Source: Nocardioidaceae bacterium
GTDB taxonomy: Bacteria; Actinomycetota; Actinomycetes; Propionibacteriales; Nocardioidaceae
Length of the DNA stretch: 64,000 nt
Assembly: GCA_040002845.1 (NCBI GenBank)
Contig: JBDUDR010000001.1
Span: forward strand, 8,678 to 72,677
Reading direction: 5' to 3'
Part shown: positions 9,999 through 19,812 of the stretch, in pieces
Numbering within the stretch: the first letter of the stretch is position 1
How the letters are laid out: each line of letters starts with the position of its first letter
Position numbers and translations under genes: made by a program
The notes under the pieces: generated by a model
Databases searched by the model: none
What the model was told of the DNA's origin: nothing
What the model saw: the letters and a program-made list of their open reading frames with translations, nothing else

Positions 9999-10916
9999 TC
10001 ACCACACTCTCGGACGTAGCGAGTCGACACCAAGGAGCTGCGCGACCTCCTCCTCCAGTGTTGGTTCAGCACCCATCACGGACGCGCTGTCGCACGTGAC
10101 CAGGCGCCAGTCGAACTCCCTCCTGAGACGCTCCCGCCGACTTTCGTCATGAGCTTCGTCTTGCTCGGCAGTGTGGAACTGCCGTCCGTCAAACTCGACG
10201 CCGACTCGGACCGCTTCGTAACCCATGTCGATCCGCGCCACGAGCTTTCCGTGCCGATCAAGGATCTCGACCTGGGGCTTGGGGCGGGGGAGTCCCGCAT
10301 CCACGAGGCGGAGGAAGGTCCAAGACTCACCGTGCGACTCGCGAGCCGGATCGACCATCATCACGAGTTCGCGGGCCTGACGTATTCCTGGGTGCCCCGC
10401 CAGCTGCGCGATCCGCTTTCGAATTGCGCTCAGGTCAATGAGTTCCGCCCTGGCCATCGCGTCTACCGACGACAACGCGAACGGTCGTCGCTGAAATCTC
10501 AACAAATCGACCGCAGTGCGATCTGGGATCGTGACCCGAATGCCATTGACGGTCGTGACATCGTCGGCATTGATCTTCGACTCGACCGTTCTGACACCTG
10601 GACGTCGCTGTCTCGACCAATGGTGTGGGACTGCGCACTCAGGTATCAGCAGACTTCTCCTCTCGGGTTCGTACGCATCGACTCCCCAGATCCACGCCGC
10701 CGTCGAACCCCAGATGACTGCATGTACGGGGCAAGCCAAAGAGAGCGCGAGACACCGAAGTTCACGAGAGTCGACGACTCCCGGGTCGACGTAGATGCCC
10801 CGGAGCACCCGTCGCAGCTGCCCGTCGTGAACGAGCACCGGAAGGTGTTTCGCGGGTATGCCAAGCGAGCTGGCTCGACTCGAAAGGAACGGGATGCCTT
10901 CATTTATCAGCGACAT
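9999..10916 (-). CDS. hypothetical protein with N-terminal AbiEi_4-like wHTH region and C-terminal DUF559 (Vsr-like endonuclease fold) region
   Basis: ORF 9999..10964; the ATG ending at 10916 (MSLINEG) is preferred. N-terminal ...GQLRRVLRGIYVDP..., C-terminal PRPKPQVEI...RIDMGYEAVRVGVEFDGRQFH. G+C is visibly lower than in neighbouring genes. Confidence 0.75.
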   Translation of the reverse strand: MSLINEGIPFLSSRASSLGIPAKHLPVLVHDGQLRRVLRGIYVDPGVVDSRELRCLALSLACPVHAVIWGSTAAWIWGVDAYEPERRSLLIPECAVPHHWSRQRRPGVRTVESKINADDVTTVNGIRVTIPDRTAVDLLRFQRRPFALSSVDAMARAELIDLSAIRKRIAQLAGHPGIRQARELVMMVDPARESHGESWTFLRLVDAGLPRPKPQVEILDRHGKLVARIDMGYEAVRVGVEFDGRQFHTAEQDEAHDESRRERLRREFDWRLVTCDSASVMGAEPTLEEEVAQLLGVDSLRPRVW

Positions 10917-10995
10917 GGCGAACACCCTGCCCGCATCCGGCAAGGCGCGTCGCCCGTTGTCCACAGGAGTGGCGGCGTTGTGCGCTGGCTTCCGG

Positions 10996-11058
10996 GGAAT
11001 TAAGTGTCGGATCGCGTGGAATAAGTGTCGGATCGCGCCGAATAAGTGTCGGATCGCG
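10996..11058 (-). repeat. array of three 21-bp tandem units (reverse orientation on + strand), 3 nt after the stop of the - strand DUF349 gene
   Basis: Read directly: GGAATTAAGTGTCGGATCGCG / TGGAATAAGTGTCGGATCGCG / CCGAATAAGTGTCGGATCGCG, the reverse complement of the unit at 9901-9968. Confidence 0.95.
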
Positions 11059-11061
11059 GGT

Positions 11062-12360
11062 TTACGCGGGGGGATCGGCCGGGGGTTCGCCGGGCGGCGT
11101 CACGGGGGAGAACTCGTCGAGCGCGAGACGGGCCTGCGTGAGCCAGGTGCGCCGAGCCTCAAGTGCTTCCGCAGCGGCGGCGACCGTGTCTGGGTCCCCC
11201 TCGGCGTGGGCCGCCGCGAGGTCTTCTTCGAGGCCTTCGATCAACGACTCGAGCTGTCCGACGGTCCCTTCCGCACGGGCTCTTGCTTCCGGGTTGCTCC
11301 GTCGCCAGGTGTCCTGCTCGGCTGCCCGGATCGCATCCTCTACCTTGCGCAGCCTGCCCTCCAGGCTCTTCATCTGAGCGCGCGGCACCTTGCCCGCGGC
11401 GTCCCACCGATCACCGATCGAGCGAAAAGCCTCCCGCGCGCGGCGAGGATCGGTGATCGGCAGCAACGACTCCGCCTGTTCCAGCAGGGACACCTTCTGT
11501 TCGGCGTTCGTTGCGAGCTCCTTGTCCAGCTCGGCATTGACTGTGTCGCGTGCACTGAAGAACCGGTCCTGAGCTGTCCGGAACCGGGTCCAGAGCTTGT
11601 CGTCGACATCCTTGTGGGCACGACCCGCCCCCTTCCACTCCCGCATCAGGTCGCGGTAGCGCCTGGCGGTCGCTGACCAGTCGGTCGATCCGGCGAGTGA
11701 CTCCGCCTCCCTGACCAGGCGCTCCTTGATGGCCTGCGACCCTTCACGCTGCTCGTTCAGCTCGACGAAGTGCTGCTTGCGCCGACGGGTGTACGTCGTT
11801 CGGGCAGTCGAAAATCGTCGCCAGAGCATGTCGTCAGTGGACTTGTCGAGACGCGGCAGCGCCTTCCAGAGATCGAGCAGCTCACGCAGCCGGTTGGCGC
11901 CCGCCCGCCAGTCCTGACTCTCAGACAGGTTCTCGGCCTCGACGGCAATCGCCTCCTTGCGTTCGCGAGCCTCCTCCAGCTTCTTGCTGCGATCGGCGCG
12001 GCGGCGTTCTCGCGCGGCGGCGATGGCGGGTCGCAACGCATCGAGTCGGTCCGAGAGCGCGTCGAGGTCTCCCACAGCGTGAGCATCGGCGACCTGGCCG
12101 CGCACCTTGTTCACCGCCGCAGCAGCGTCGTCGGGCCCGAGATGTCCCTCGTGGATCCGCTGCTCGAGCAGTCGAACCTCCGTCTCCAGCGAGTCGAACC
12201 GGCGGCGAAAGAACGCGAGTGCTTCGGTGGCGTCTCCGTCCGGCCATTGACCCACCGCGCGCTCGCCTGCCTTGGTGCGTACATAGACGGTGCCGTCCTC
12301 GGCCACCCGCCCGAACGAGTCGCCAGGCGACGCCTCTACGGGGCCGGGATCGGCCGTCAC
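11062..12360 (-). CDS. DUF349 domain-containing protein
   Basis: GTG start at 12360. Reiterated helical units (LWRRFSTAR, LWTRFRTAQDRFF, IGDRWDAAG) are typical of DUF349 proteins encoded near rel/hisS in actinobacteria. Confidence 0.8.
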   Translation of the reverse strand: MTADPGPVEASPGDSFGRVAEDGTVYVRTKAGERAVGQWPDGDATEALAFFRRRFDSLETEVRLLEQRIHEGHLGPDDAAAAVNKVRGQVADAHAVGDLDALSDRLDALRPAIAAARERRRADRSKKLEEARERKEAIAVEAENLSESQDWRAGANRLRELLDLWKALPRLDKSTDDMLWRRFSTARTTYTRRRKQHFVELNEQREGSQAIKERLVREAESLAGSTDWSATARRYRDLMREWKGAGRAHKDVDDKLWTRFRTAQDRFFSARDTVNAELDKELATNAEQKVSLLEQAESLLPITDPRRAREAFRSIGDRWDAAGKVPRAQMKSLEGRLRKVEDAIRAAEQDTWRRSNPEARARAEGTVGQLESLIEGLEEDLAAAHAEGDPDTVAAAAEALEARRTWLTQARLALDEFSPVTPPGEPPADPPA

Positions 12361-12695
12361 TGCTGGCCTCGGTCACTCGCGCTCGATGTGGGCTTCGAAT
12401 GCGTTGGCGTCGTCCCAGTCGGCGCCGTCTGTGTTGCGGGGGGTGAGTAGTTGGGAGCCTGGAACGTGGGGGGATTGGTCAACCCGGGCAGGATCGGCGA
12501 CTGCGCCGGGGCAGGACTGTTGCCCAGCTGGGTGGCGCCGAACCACACGACCAGCCCTGCGACGGCCAACCCGAAGACGGCCCATCCAGCGATCGCCAGC
12601 CGACGCAGCCGGGCCCCCCGCGTGTTCCGGCGCGTCTGCTGGCGCTCCCACTTCGCGCGCGCGAGCTGCCGAGCGCGCTGTTGCTTCGTTACCAC
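12357..12695 (-). CDS. small membrane protein (hypothetical)
   Basis: GTG 12695 follows GGAGG. It has a basic N-terminus, one TM helix (LAIAGWAVFGLAVAGLVVWF) and a P/T-rich tail. The stop overlaps the DUF349 start (GTGA). Confidence 0.6.
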   Translation of the reverse strand: MVTKQQRARQLARAKWERQQTRRNTRGARLRRLAIAGWAVFGLAVAGLVVWFGATQLGNSPAPAQSPILPGLTNPPTFQAPNYSPPATQTAPTGTTPTHSKPTSSASDRGQQ

Positions 12696-12925
12696 TCGTA
12701 CCTCCGAGTACGTCCATGTCGACTGGTGGCAGCCGTGGACAGGACAGTCAGTGTAAGAGGGAGTCCGACGACGTCACCGTAACTCCCCCGGCGAGCGCAA
12801 CTGGCTCGCGGCCAGCTCCCGCCGTAGGTACGCTGCACAGCGCGGGTGGAAACGCGTCAGCCGGCCGCCCGCTCGAGTGTTCACCTGGCGCCCCAGCCAA
12901 CTCCCAGCCGACAGGAAGGCCCGCA

Positions 12926-13627
12926 ATGCTCATCGCAGCGTTCCCGGCCGGTCCGTGGGCGACCAACTGCTACGTCGTGGCCACCGGCTCCGGGCACGAA
13001 TGCGTGATCATCGACCCGGGCAAGGATGCAGCGGCCGGCGTAGCTGAGATTGTCGAGCAGCAGCACCTGCGACCGACCGCTGTGCTGGTCACGCACGGCC
13101 ACGTCGACCATATGTGGTCCGTGGCTCCGGTGGCAGGAACCTATGACGCGACGGCCTGGATCCATCCCGCGGACCGGCACCTGCTCACAGACCCCGTGCA
13201 GGGCTTGTCGCCCGAGACCGCCGCGATGTTGCTTGGCGGCAGGTACACGTTCGCCGAACCCGATGACGTGCGTGAACTCGCTGACGGGATCACGCTGCAG
13301 CTGGCCGGCCTGGACTTCGCGGTCGATCACACTCCCGGGCATACCTGGGGGTCGGTGACGTTTCGATCGCCGTATGAGGGACCGGAGGACGTGCCCGAGC
13401 TGATGTTCTCAGGCGACCTCTTGTTCGCCGGCTCCATCGGGCGTACCGACCTGCCAGGTGGTGACCACCCCACCATGCTGCGCAGCCTGACCGACAAGGT
13501 GCTGCCACTCGATAACCGGGTGGTGGTGCTGCCGGGCCACGGCCCCCAGACAGACATCGGGCGCGAACGCGCGACGAACCCCTACCTCCTGCAGCTCGCG
13601 CCGGCCCGGATCACCGAAAGCGGTTGA
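12926..13627 (+). CDS. MBL-fold metallo-hydrolase (glyoxalase II-like)
   Basis: ORF 12290..13627 is 5'-extended. ATG 12926 follows AGGAAGG. HxHxDH motif THGHVDH is present. Confidence 0.85.
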   Translation: MLIAAFPAGPWATNCYVVATGSGHECVIIDPGKDAAAGVAEIVEQQHLRPTAVLVTHGHVDHMWSVAPVAGTYDATAWIHPADRHLLTDPVQGLSPETAAMLLGGRYTFAEPDDVRELADGITLQLAGLDFAVDHTPGHTWGSVTFRSPYEGPEDVPELMFSGDLLFAGSIGRTDLPGGDHPTMLRSLTDKVLPLDNRVVVLPGHGPQTDIGRERATNPYLLQLAPARITESG

Positions 13628-13628
13628 G

Positions 13629-14891
13629 ATGAACCAGCTCTTCTCGGCACCCAAGGGGGTGCCTGAGTACCTGCCACCGGAATCGGCGAGCTTTCTGGCC
13701 GTCCGGGACACCCTGGCCGAACCGGCCAGGCGCGCGGGGTACGGCTATCTCGAGATGGCCGTCTTCGAGGAGACCGGCCTCTTCGTACGCGGCGTCGGAG
13801 AGTCGACCGATGTCGTCGGTAAGGAGATGTATACGTTTTCTGACCGTGGCGGTCGATCGCTCACCTTGCGGCCGGAAGGCACCGCGGGCGTGGTGCGGGC
13901 TGTCATCGAGCACAAGCTCGACCGTGGCCAGCTGCCGGTGAAGCTGTGGTACGCCGGACCGTTCTTCCGGGCCGAGCGGCCGCAATTCGGTCGGTACCGG
14001 CAGCTGCACCAGCTCGGGATAGAGGCGATAGGCGTCGACGACCCGCTGCTCGACGCCGAGGTGATCGGCGTCGCCGATGCGGGCTACCGCGCTCTCGGGC
14101 TCACCGGCAGCCGGCTGGAGCTGACGTCGCTGGGCTGCGCCGAATGTCGTCCCGCCTACCGGGCGCGGCTCGCGAAGTTCCTGGCCGGGCTCGACCTCGA
14201 CGAACCCACCCGCCAGCGGGCCGAGCTCAACCCGTTGCGCGTACTGGACGACAAGCGCCGGGATGTCCAGCGACAGCTGGTCGACGCGCCCTTGATGATC
14301 GACTACCTGTGTGCGGAGTGCGCCGAGCACTTTGCTGCTGTACGGGCTCAGCTCGAAGCGCTCGAGATCACCTATGAGCTCAACCCCCGGCTCGTTCGGG
14401 GCCTGGACTACTACACCAAGACGACCTTCGAGTTCGTCCACGACGCCCTTGGGGCGCAATCGGGCATCGGCGGCGGTGGCCGCTACGACGGGTTGATGGA
14501 GGATCTGGGCGGCCAGCCGCTGTCGGGGATCGGGTTCGGGCTCGGCATCGACCGCACGCTGCTGGCCTGCCAGGCCGAGGGCCTCACCCTCGGAGATTGG
14601 CAGCTGGTCGACGTGTACGCCGTGCCGCTGGGCGAGCCGGCTCGGCGACGAGTCGCCCTGCTGGTCGATGAGCTGAGACGAGCAGGTGTGCGCGCGGACA
14701 TGGCATTCGGCAGCAGAAGCCTGAAGGGAGCCATGAAAGGGGCGGACCGTTCGGGAGCCCGCTGGGCGATCGTGGTCGGTGAGCGTGACCTATCTGAGTC
14801 GGTCGCTCAGCTGAAGAACATGGTCACGGGCGATCAGGTAGCCGTACCACTCGACGAGCTCACGGCCACCGTCAAGAAGAGCCTCCAGTGA
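13629..14891 (+). CDS. hisS: histidine--tRNA ligase
   Basis: 420 aa. Class II motifs [14 protein letters not shown] and [18 protein letters not shown] are present. Confidence 0.95.
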   Translation: MNQLFSAPKGVPEYLPPESASFLAVRDTLAEPARRAGYGYLEMAVFEETGLFVRGVGESTDVVGKEMYTFSDRGGRSLTLRPEGTAGVVRAVIEHKLDRGQLPVKLWYAGPFFRAERPQFGRYRQLHQLGIEAIGVDDPLLDAEVIGVADAGYRALGLTGSRLELTSLGCAECRPAYRARLAKFLAGLDLDEPTRQRAELNPLRVLDDKRRDVQRQLVDAPLMIDYLCAECAEHFAAVRAQLEALEITYELNPRLVRGLDYYTKTTFEFVHDALGAQSGIGGGGRYDGLMEDLGGQPLSGIGFGLGIDRTLLACQAEGLTLGDWQLVDVYAVPLGEPARRRVALLVDELRRAGVRADMAFGSRSLKGAMKGADRSGARWAIVVGERDLSESVAQLKNMVTGDQVAVPLDELTATVKKSLQ

Positions 14892-16690
14892 TCCGCACCC
14901 ATGAGGCGGGCAGCCTGCGGGCGGACCACATCGGCGCGACCGTGACGCTGGCCGGCTGGGTCGCGCGGAGACGTGATCACGGGGGCGTCGCGTTCATCGA
15001 CCTTCGAGATGCCAGCGGGGTCGCGCAGGTGGTCGTTCGCGACGAGCGGGTGGCCCACCCGCTGCGCCCGGAGTTCTGCATCCGCGTGGTAGGCGAGGTC
15101 GCCGCCCGCCCGCCAGGGAACGAGAACGTGCAGCTGCCGACCGGCGCCATCGAGGTCGTCGCCGCTGAGCTCGAAGTCTTGTCGACAAGCGCCGCCTTGC
15201 CCTTCCCGATCGAGGAGCACCACACGACCCCGGTCAGCGAGGAGGTCCGGTTGGCCTACCGCTACCTGGACCTGCGGCGAGCCGACATGGCCGCGAACAT
15301 CAGGTTGCGGGCCCGGGTGACCGGAATCATCCGCAGCGTCATGGAGGCGAACGACTTCGTCGACATCGAGACCCCATATCTCACCAGGTCGACGCCGGAA
15401 GGAGCGCGCGACTTCCTGGTCCCCGTGCGCCTCCAGCCAGGATCGTGGTATGCGCTGCCGCAGTCACCGCAGCTGTTCAAGCAGCTGTTGATGGTGGCCG
15501 GGATGGAACGCTACTTCCAGATCGCCCGATGTTTTCGCGACGAGGACTTTCGTGCGGACCGTCAGCCCGAGTTCAGCCAGCTCGACATCGAGATGTCCTT
15601 TGTGGAGGTCGAGGACATCATGGCGTTGACCGAACAGGTGCTGGTCAGGTTGTGGCGGGAGGTCGCCGGTCATGAGATCGGCACTCCGATTCCCACAATG
15701 ACGTACGCCGATGCGATGACCCGCTACGGCATCGACCGCCCCGACCTCCGGTTCGGCTGCGAGCTGACCGACTTTACCGCCTACTTCTCCGACAGCCCGT
15801 TCCGGCTGTTTCGAGGGCCGGACGAGCCCGCGGACGACTCAACTGCCGCCCCTCGCGACTGGCACGTCGGTGCTGTGGTCATGCCGGGCGGCGCGTCACA
15901 GGCGCGCAGGCAGCTGGATGCGTGGCAGGACTGGGCCCGCCAGCGCGGCGCCAAGGGGCTCGCGTACGTCCTGGTTCAGCCGGACGGTGAGCTCGGCGGG
16001 CCGGTCGCGAAGAACCTCTCAGCCCAGGAGCGGGCAGGTCTGGCATCACACGCGGGCGCCACGGCTGGTGACTGTGTGTTCTTCGCGGCAGGCGCCAGGC
16101 AGGACGCACTCGGGCTGCTGGCGGCCGCCCGGCTGGAGATCGGTGAACGCTGCGGACTGATCGACCACGACACGTGGGAGTTGGTCTGGGTGGTGGACGC
16201 TCCGATGTTCGAGCCCACAGAAAGCGGCTGGACGGCTGTCCACCACCCGTTCACAGCACCGACCGTCGAATGCGCAGCCACGTTCCACGAGTCGCCGTCG
16301 AAGGCACTCTCCCAGGCGTACGACATCGTCGTGAACGGTTCCGAGATTGGTGGCGGCTCCATCCGCATCCACCAGCGGGAGACTCAGCAGCGGGTGTTCG
16401 ACGTCATCGGCCTGAGCCAGGACGAGGCCCGGAGACAGTTCGGCTTCCTGCTCGACGCGCTGGAGTACGGCCCACCTCCGCACGGCGGCATCGCCCTCGG
16501 CATCGACCGGCTGTGTGCCTTGCTCGCCGGTGTGCAGTCGATCCGAGACGTGATCGCCTTCCCGAAGACCGCCTCGGGTGGTGACCCGCTGACCGGTGCT
16601 CCCTCTCCGATCAGCGCAAACCAGCGCCGGGAGGCGGGGGTGGATGCGGTCTCGGAGAAGGACGGTGTGGGGTCGAGCGCCTCGACGTGA
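14888..16690 (+). CDS. aspS: aspartate--tRNA ligase
   Basis: GTG 14888 overlaps the hisS stop. [26 protein letters not shown] and GGGSIRIHQ are present. 600 aa. Confidence 0.95.
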   Translation: MIRTHEAGSLRADHIGATVTLAGWVARRRDHGGVAFIDLRDASGVAQVVVRDERVAHPLRPEFCIRVVGEVAARPPGNENVQLPTGAIEVVAAELEVLSTSAALPFPIEEHHTTPVSEEVRLAYRYLDLRRADMAANIRLRARVTGIIRSVMEANDFVDIETPYLTRSTPEGARDFLVPVRLQPGSWYALPQSPQLFKQLLMVAGMERYFQIARCFRDEDFRADRQPEFSQLDIEMSFVEVEDIMALTEQVLVRLWREVAGHEIGTPIPTMTYADAMTRYGIDRPDLRFGCELTDFTAYFSDSPFRLFRGPDEPADDSTAAPRDWHVGAVVMPGGASQARRQLDAWQDWARQRGAKGLAYVLVQPDGELGGPVAKNLSAQERAGLASHAGATAGDCVFFAAGARQDALGLLAAARLEIGERCGLIDHDTWELVWVVDAPMFEPTESGWTAVHHPFTAPTVECAATFHESPSKALSQAYDIVVNGSEIGGGSIRIHQRETQQRVFDVIGLSQDEARRQFGFLLDALEYGPPPHGGIALGIDRLCALLAGVQSIRDVIAFPKTASGGDPLTGAPSPISANQRREAGVDAVSEKDGVGSSAST

Positions 16691-16907
16691 GTCCGCGAGG
16701 TCACGCAACTGGATTATGAGCGACCATGTCACCACAAAAGCGCAGTTCAGCCGCCAATTTGCGGGTCTTGGACAGGCCCCGGGCGCTGACCAAGCGTTCC
16801 CAGATCGTTACCAATCCTGGGCTGCGTCGTCGGTCTGGAGGCCATAGAGTCCGAAGAGGCCACAAGCCCAGAACTAGACACATCGTCCACCGGGGATGAG
16901 GTGACCC

Positions 16908-17912
16908 ATGTCGCTGCCGACGCCTGAGCTCATAACTGGTCACGATATGGGCGGCGCTTCGCTTATAGCAGCCGCCGAGCACCTCGCCGGGCGTTCGCCT
17001 AGCCGGATCGCGATGGATCGCCTTCGGTCCGACAAAGTGGCGATGGTCTCGGCGGTCGTCGTGTTCTTCTTCGTATTGATCGCCGTCTTCGCTCCGCTCA
17101 TCACCAGGGCCTGGGGCGTCGACCTGCGCGGCGGCGACCCGGTCACGGACACCGACCAGTTCGGCTTCCCGCTGATCGGACCGCCCTACCACGGCTTTAT
17201 CTGGTCACATCCGCTCGGTCTGGAGCCGCTGAACGGCAACGACCTGCTCGCCGAGTGGGTCTACGGTGCCCGCACCTCTCTAGAGGTAGCGACCATCACG
17301 ACAGCCCTCAGCACCATCCTCGGCGTCGTCATTGGACTGATCGCGGGGTTCTCACGCGGCACGGGCGACAAGCTCATCTCCTTTGTGATCGACGTGTTCT
17401 TGTCGTTCCCGTTCCTGCTGGGAGCGCTGGCGATGGCGCCGATCATCCTCAACCGCTACGGCGCCAACGCGGCCGATTTGCAGCGTGCGTCCTTCTGGGC
17501 GCTCGTCGGCATCCTCACGTTCTTCGGGTGGATGCCGCTGGCTCGCCTCATCCGTGGCGAGGTGTTCTCCCTGCGAGAGCGCGAGTTCGTCCAGGCCGCT
17601 CGAGTGATCGGGGTGCCGACTCGGCAGATCCTGTTCAAGGAGCTGCTGCCCAACCTGGTCGCGCCGATCGTCGTCTCGATCTCGCTCAACATTCCGGCGT
17701 TCGTGACCGCCGAGGCCGGATTCGCGTTCTTGGGCATCGGGCTCACTGGGCAGCCCTCGTGGGGACAGACGATCAACCGGGCCCAGGGCTACTTCCAGAG
17801 CGATCCGATCTATCTGTGGGCGCCGGTGATCGGGATCATGATCCTGGTGCTGGCGCTCAACCTGCTCGGCGACGCGGTCCGCGACGCCTTCGACCCGAAG
17901 ACTCGACGATGA
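16908..17912 (+). CDS. ABC transporter permease (OppC/DppC-like)
   Basis: ATG follows GGATGAGGTG. Multi-TM protein with the binding-protein-dependent permease pattern. It is followed by SBP, permease and two ATPase genes. Confidence 0.85.
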   Translation: MSLPTPELITGHDMGGASLIAAAEHLAGRSPSRIAMDRLRSDKVAMVSAVVVFFFVLIAVFAPLITRAWGVDLRGGDPVTDTDQFGFPLIGPPYHGFIWSHPLGLEPLNGNDLLAEWVYGARTSLEVATITTALSTILGVVIGLIAGFSRGTGDKLISFVIDVFLSFPFLLGALAMAPIILNRYGANAADLQRASFWALVGILTFFGWMPLARLIRGEVFSLREREFVQAARVIGVPTRQILFKELLPNLVAPIVVSISLNIPAFVTAEAGFAFLGIGLTGQPSWGQTINRAQGYFQSDPIYLWAPVIGIMILVLALNLLGDAVRDAFDPKTRR

Positions 17913-17962
17913 AAGCAGACACCGTGCACGCACGGTGTTCAACCAAGAAGGAGAATCAACCA

Positions 17963-19717
17963 ATGCGCTGGAAGAAACCAGTGATTGCCGCATCCGCGGT
18001 AGCGATGATGGCTGTCGCCGCCTGTGGTGGCGGTGGTTCAAGCACAACAGAGAATCCCACCAACCAGCCCAGCGGACCCAGCGGCGCCGCAGGGAAGTTC
18101 ATCGACATGTCGGCCAAGGCGCCGGCAGCTCCGATCCCAGGGGCCATCAAAGGCGGGACCATGACCGTCATGAGCGCCAGCGGTGCGACCACGATGGACC
18201 CCACCGAGGCCTACTACACCAACACGTCCTCGATCCTGGAGGCGTACGTCACGCGTTCGCTCACACAATACGAATACCGCAACGGCGACATGGTGCTGAT
18301 TCCAGACCTCGCGACGTCCTGGAAATCCAACTCCGACTACACGAAGTGGACGTTCACCATCAGGACGGGCATCAAGTACGAGAACGGCGACCCGGTGACT
18401 CTTCAGGACATCAAGTACGGCATCATGCGGTCCTTCGACCGCGACACGTTCCCGACCGGGGCGGACTACTCGAACCAGTACTTCAAGGACGGTGACACCT
18501 ACAAGGGGCCGTATGCCTCCAACGCCGACTACAAGGGCGTGCAGATCAGCGGCGACAAGCTGACAATCTTGATGGCGAGGCCATTCCCCGATATGCCCTA
18601 CTGGGGATCGTTCCCGGCCATCGGCCCGATCCCTGCTGGTGATGCCAGTAACCCAGCCACCTACAAGAACCACCCGCTGGCGACTGGTCCGTACAAGTTC
18701 GCCGACTACCAGCAGGGTGTGTCGTTGACACTGGTGCGCAACGACCAGTGGGATCCCAACACCGACCCGGGTCGGCGCGCCTATCCGGACGAGATCGACT
18801 TCACGTTCACCGATGAGACGGCGACGATCGACCAGACGATGCTGTCTGACAGCGGCACGGCTCAGTCGTCGCTGACCTATGACAACGTCGCCGCCGCCGA
18901 CTACCCAACGGCCGTCCAACAGGCGCCGGACCGGTTGGTGAAGGGCACGACCCCGTGCACGGCAATGTGGCTGCCTGATATGCGCAAGATCACCGACATC
19001 AACATCCGCAAGGCGCTTGGGTACGCGTACCCCTATGAGGCCGCCTGGAAGGCCGGCGGCGACATCGTCGGGGTGACCAAGATCCCGGGTGTGTACATCA
19101 TGCCACCGGGCACCCCCGGCCAGGGCACGTCGCCCTACGACGTGCTCGGCAACCAGGGTTCCCAGCCCGACACGGCAAAGGCCAAGCAGATCCTCACCCA
19201 GGCCAATAAGCTCCACTACGAGATCAAGTTCTTGTACGTCCGTGGCGATGACCTCGCCGAGGCTGCCAAGGACCAGATCGTCAAGAGCCTCACGGCGTCT
19301 GGCTTCAAGGCCACTCCGGTGGCAGTCGGGGTGAACCAGTACACGACCGTGCGTGCTGACCCGAACGCGGACATCAACCTACGTTCGTTCGGCTGGTGCT
19401 CCGACTGGCCGTCAGGCGCGTCATGGTTCCCACCAATCTTCAAGACAGTGCCAGGTGGCGAGGCAGGCCCGGCCAACTACGGATTCTTCTCCCAGCCGAG
19501 CGTGGACAAGAAGATTGAGACGATCGCGACCCTCCCGCTTGACCAGCAGCCCGATGCCTGGGGCGCTCTCGATAAGTACATCGAAACGACCTACTACCCG
19601 GCGGTCGTCATCGGTTACTACGGCGACGTGTTCATGCACGGATCGAAGATCGGCGGCATGGAAAACGACACCGTGTTCGGAATGCCGACCTGGAAGCAGA
19701 TGTGGGTCATGAAGTAA
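17963..19717 (+). CDS. ABC transporter substrate-binding lipoprotein (family 5, peptide/nickel type)
   Basis: ORF 17255..19717 is 5'-extended over the permease gene. ATG 17963 follows AAGAAGGAGA. Signal peptide with lipobox VAAC; family-5 SBP-like body. Confidence 0.85.
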   Translation: MRWKKPVIAASAVAMMAVAACGGGGSSTTENPTNQPSGPSGAAGKFIDMSAKAPAAPIPGAIKGGTMTVMSASGATTMDPTEAYYTNTSSILEAYVTRSLTQYEYRNGDMVLIPDLATSWKSNSDYTKWTFTIRTGIKYENGDPVTLQDIKYGIMRSFDRDTFPTGADYSNQYFKDGDTYKGPYASNADYKGVQISGDKLTILMARPFPDMPYWGSFPAIGPIPAGDASNPATYKNHPLATGPYKFADYQQGVSLTLVRNDQWDPNTDPGRRAYPDEIDFTFTDETATIDQTMLSDSGTAQSSLTYDNVAAADYPTAVQQAPDRLVKGTTPCTAMWLPDMRKITDINIRKALGYAYPYEAAWKAGGDIVGVTKIPGVYIMPPGTPGQGTSPYDVLGNQGSQPDTAKAKQILTQANKLHYEIKFLYVRGDDLAEAAKDQIVKSLTASGFKATPVAVGVNQYTTVRADPNADINLRSFGWCSDWPSGASWFPPIFKTVPGGEAGPANYGFFSQPSVDKKIETIATLPLDQQPDAWGALDKYIETTYYPAVVIGYYGDVFMHGSKIGGMENDTVFGMPTWKQMWVMK

Positions 19718-19755
19718 CGTCCCAGATGACCGCGAGGTCTATGTAACGCCAACCA

Positions 19756-19788
19756 CCGGTGGGGCGGGCAGCTCGCCCGCCCCACCGG
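19756..19788 (+). terminator. perfect 14-bp GC-rich stem-loop between the SBP and permease genes (possible attenuator or mRNA stabiliser)
   Basis: CCGGTGGGGCGGGC-AGCTC-GCCCGCCCCACCGG read directly. It lies 38 nt after the SBP stop and 24 nt before ATG 19813. There is no U-tract. Confidence 0.5.
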
Positions 19789-19812
19789 ACCATCGATCAA
19801 GGATTGCCAGTC

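Noticed and set aside
9890-10072. Small ORFs translating through the repeats (...NKCRIARNKCRIA...). This also applies to the 5' parts of 10858..11676 and 38705..39133.
   Set aside because: The reading frames exist only because the 21-bp period equals 7 codons. They have no start-site context, and they overlap real genes on the other strand.
10149-11003. A 284-aa + strand ORF almost fully overlapping the - strand DUF559-type gene.
   Set aside because: The - strand product has recognisable wHTH and DUF559 motifs. The + strand translation is R/D-rich with no recognisable features, so it is most likely an antisense artefact.
17255-17962. Long 5' extensions of ORFs in the track: 17255..19717, 5202..6776, 12290..13627, 21602..22933, 62291..63928, 46728..47753, 50382..51278 and 61078..61956.
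   Set aside because: The extensions overlap the preceding conserved gene in another frame. Internal starts with an RBS, or with stop-start overlap, give canonical N-termini.
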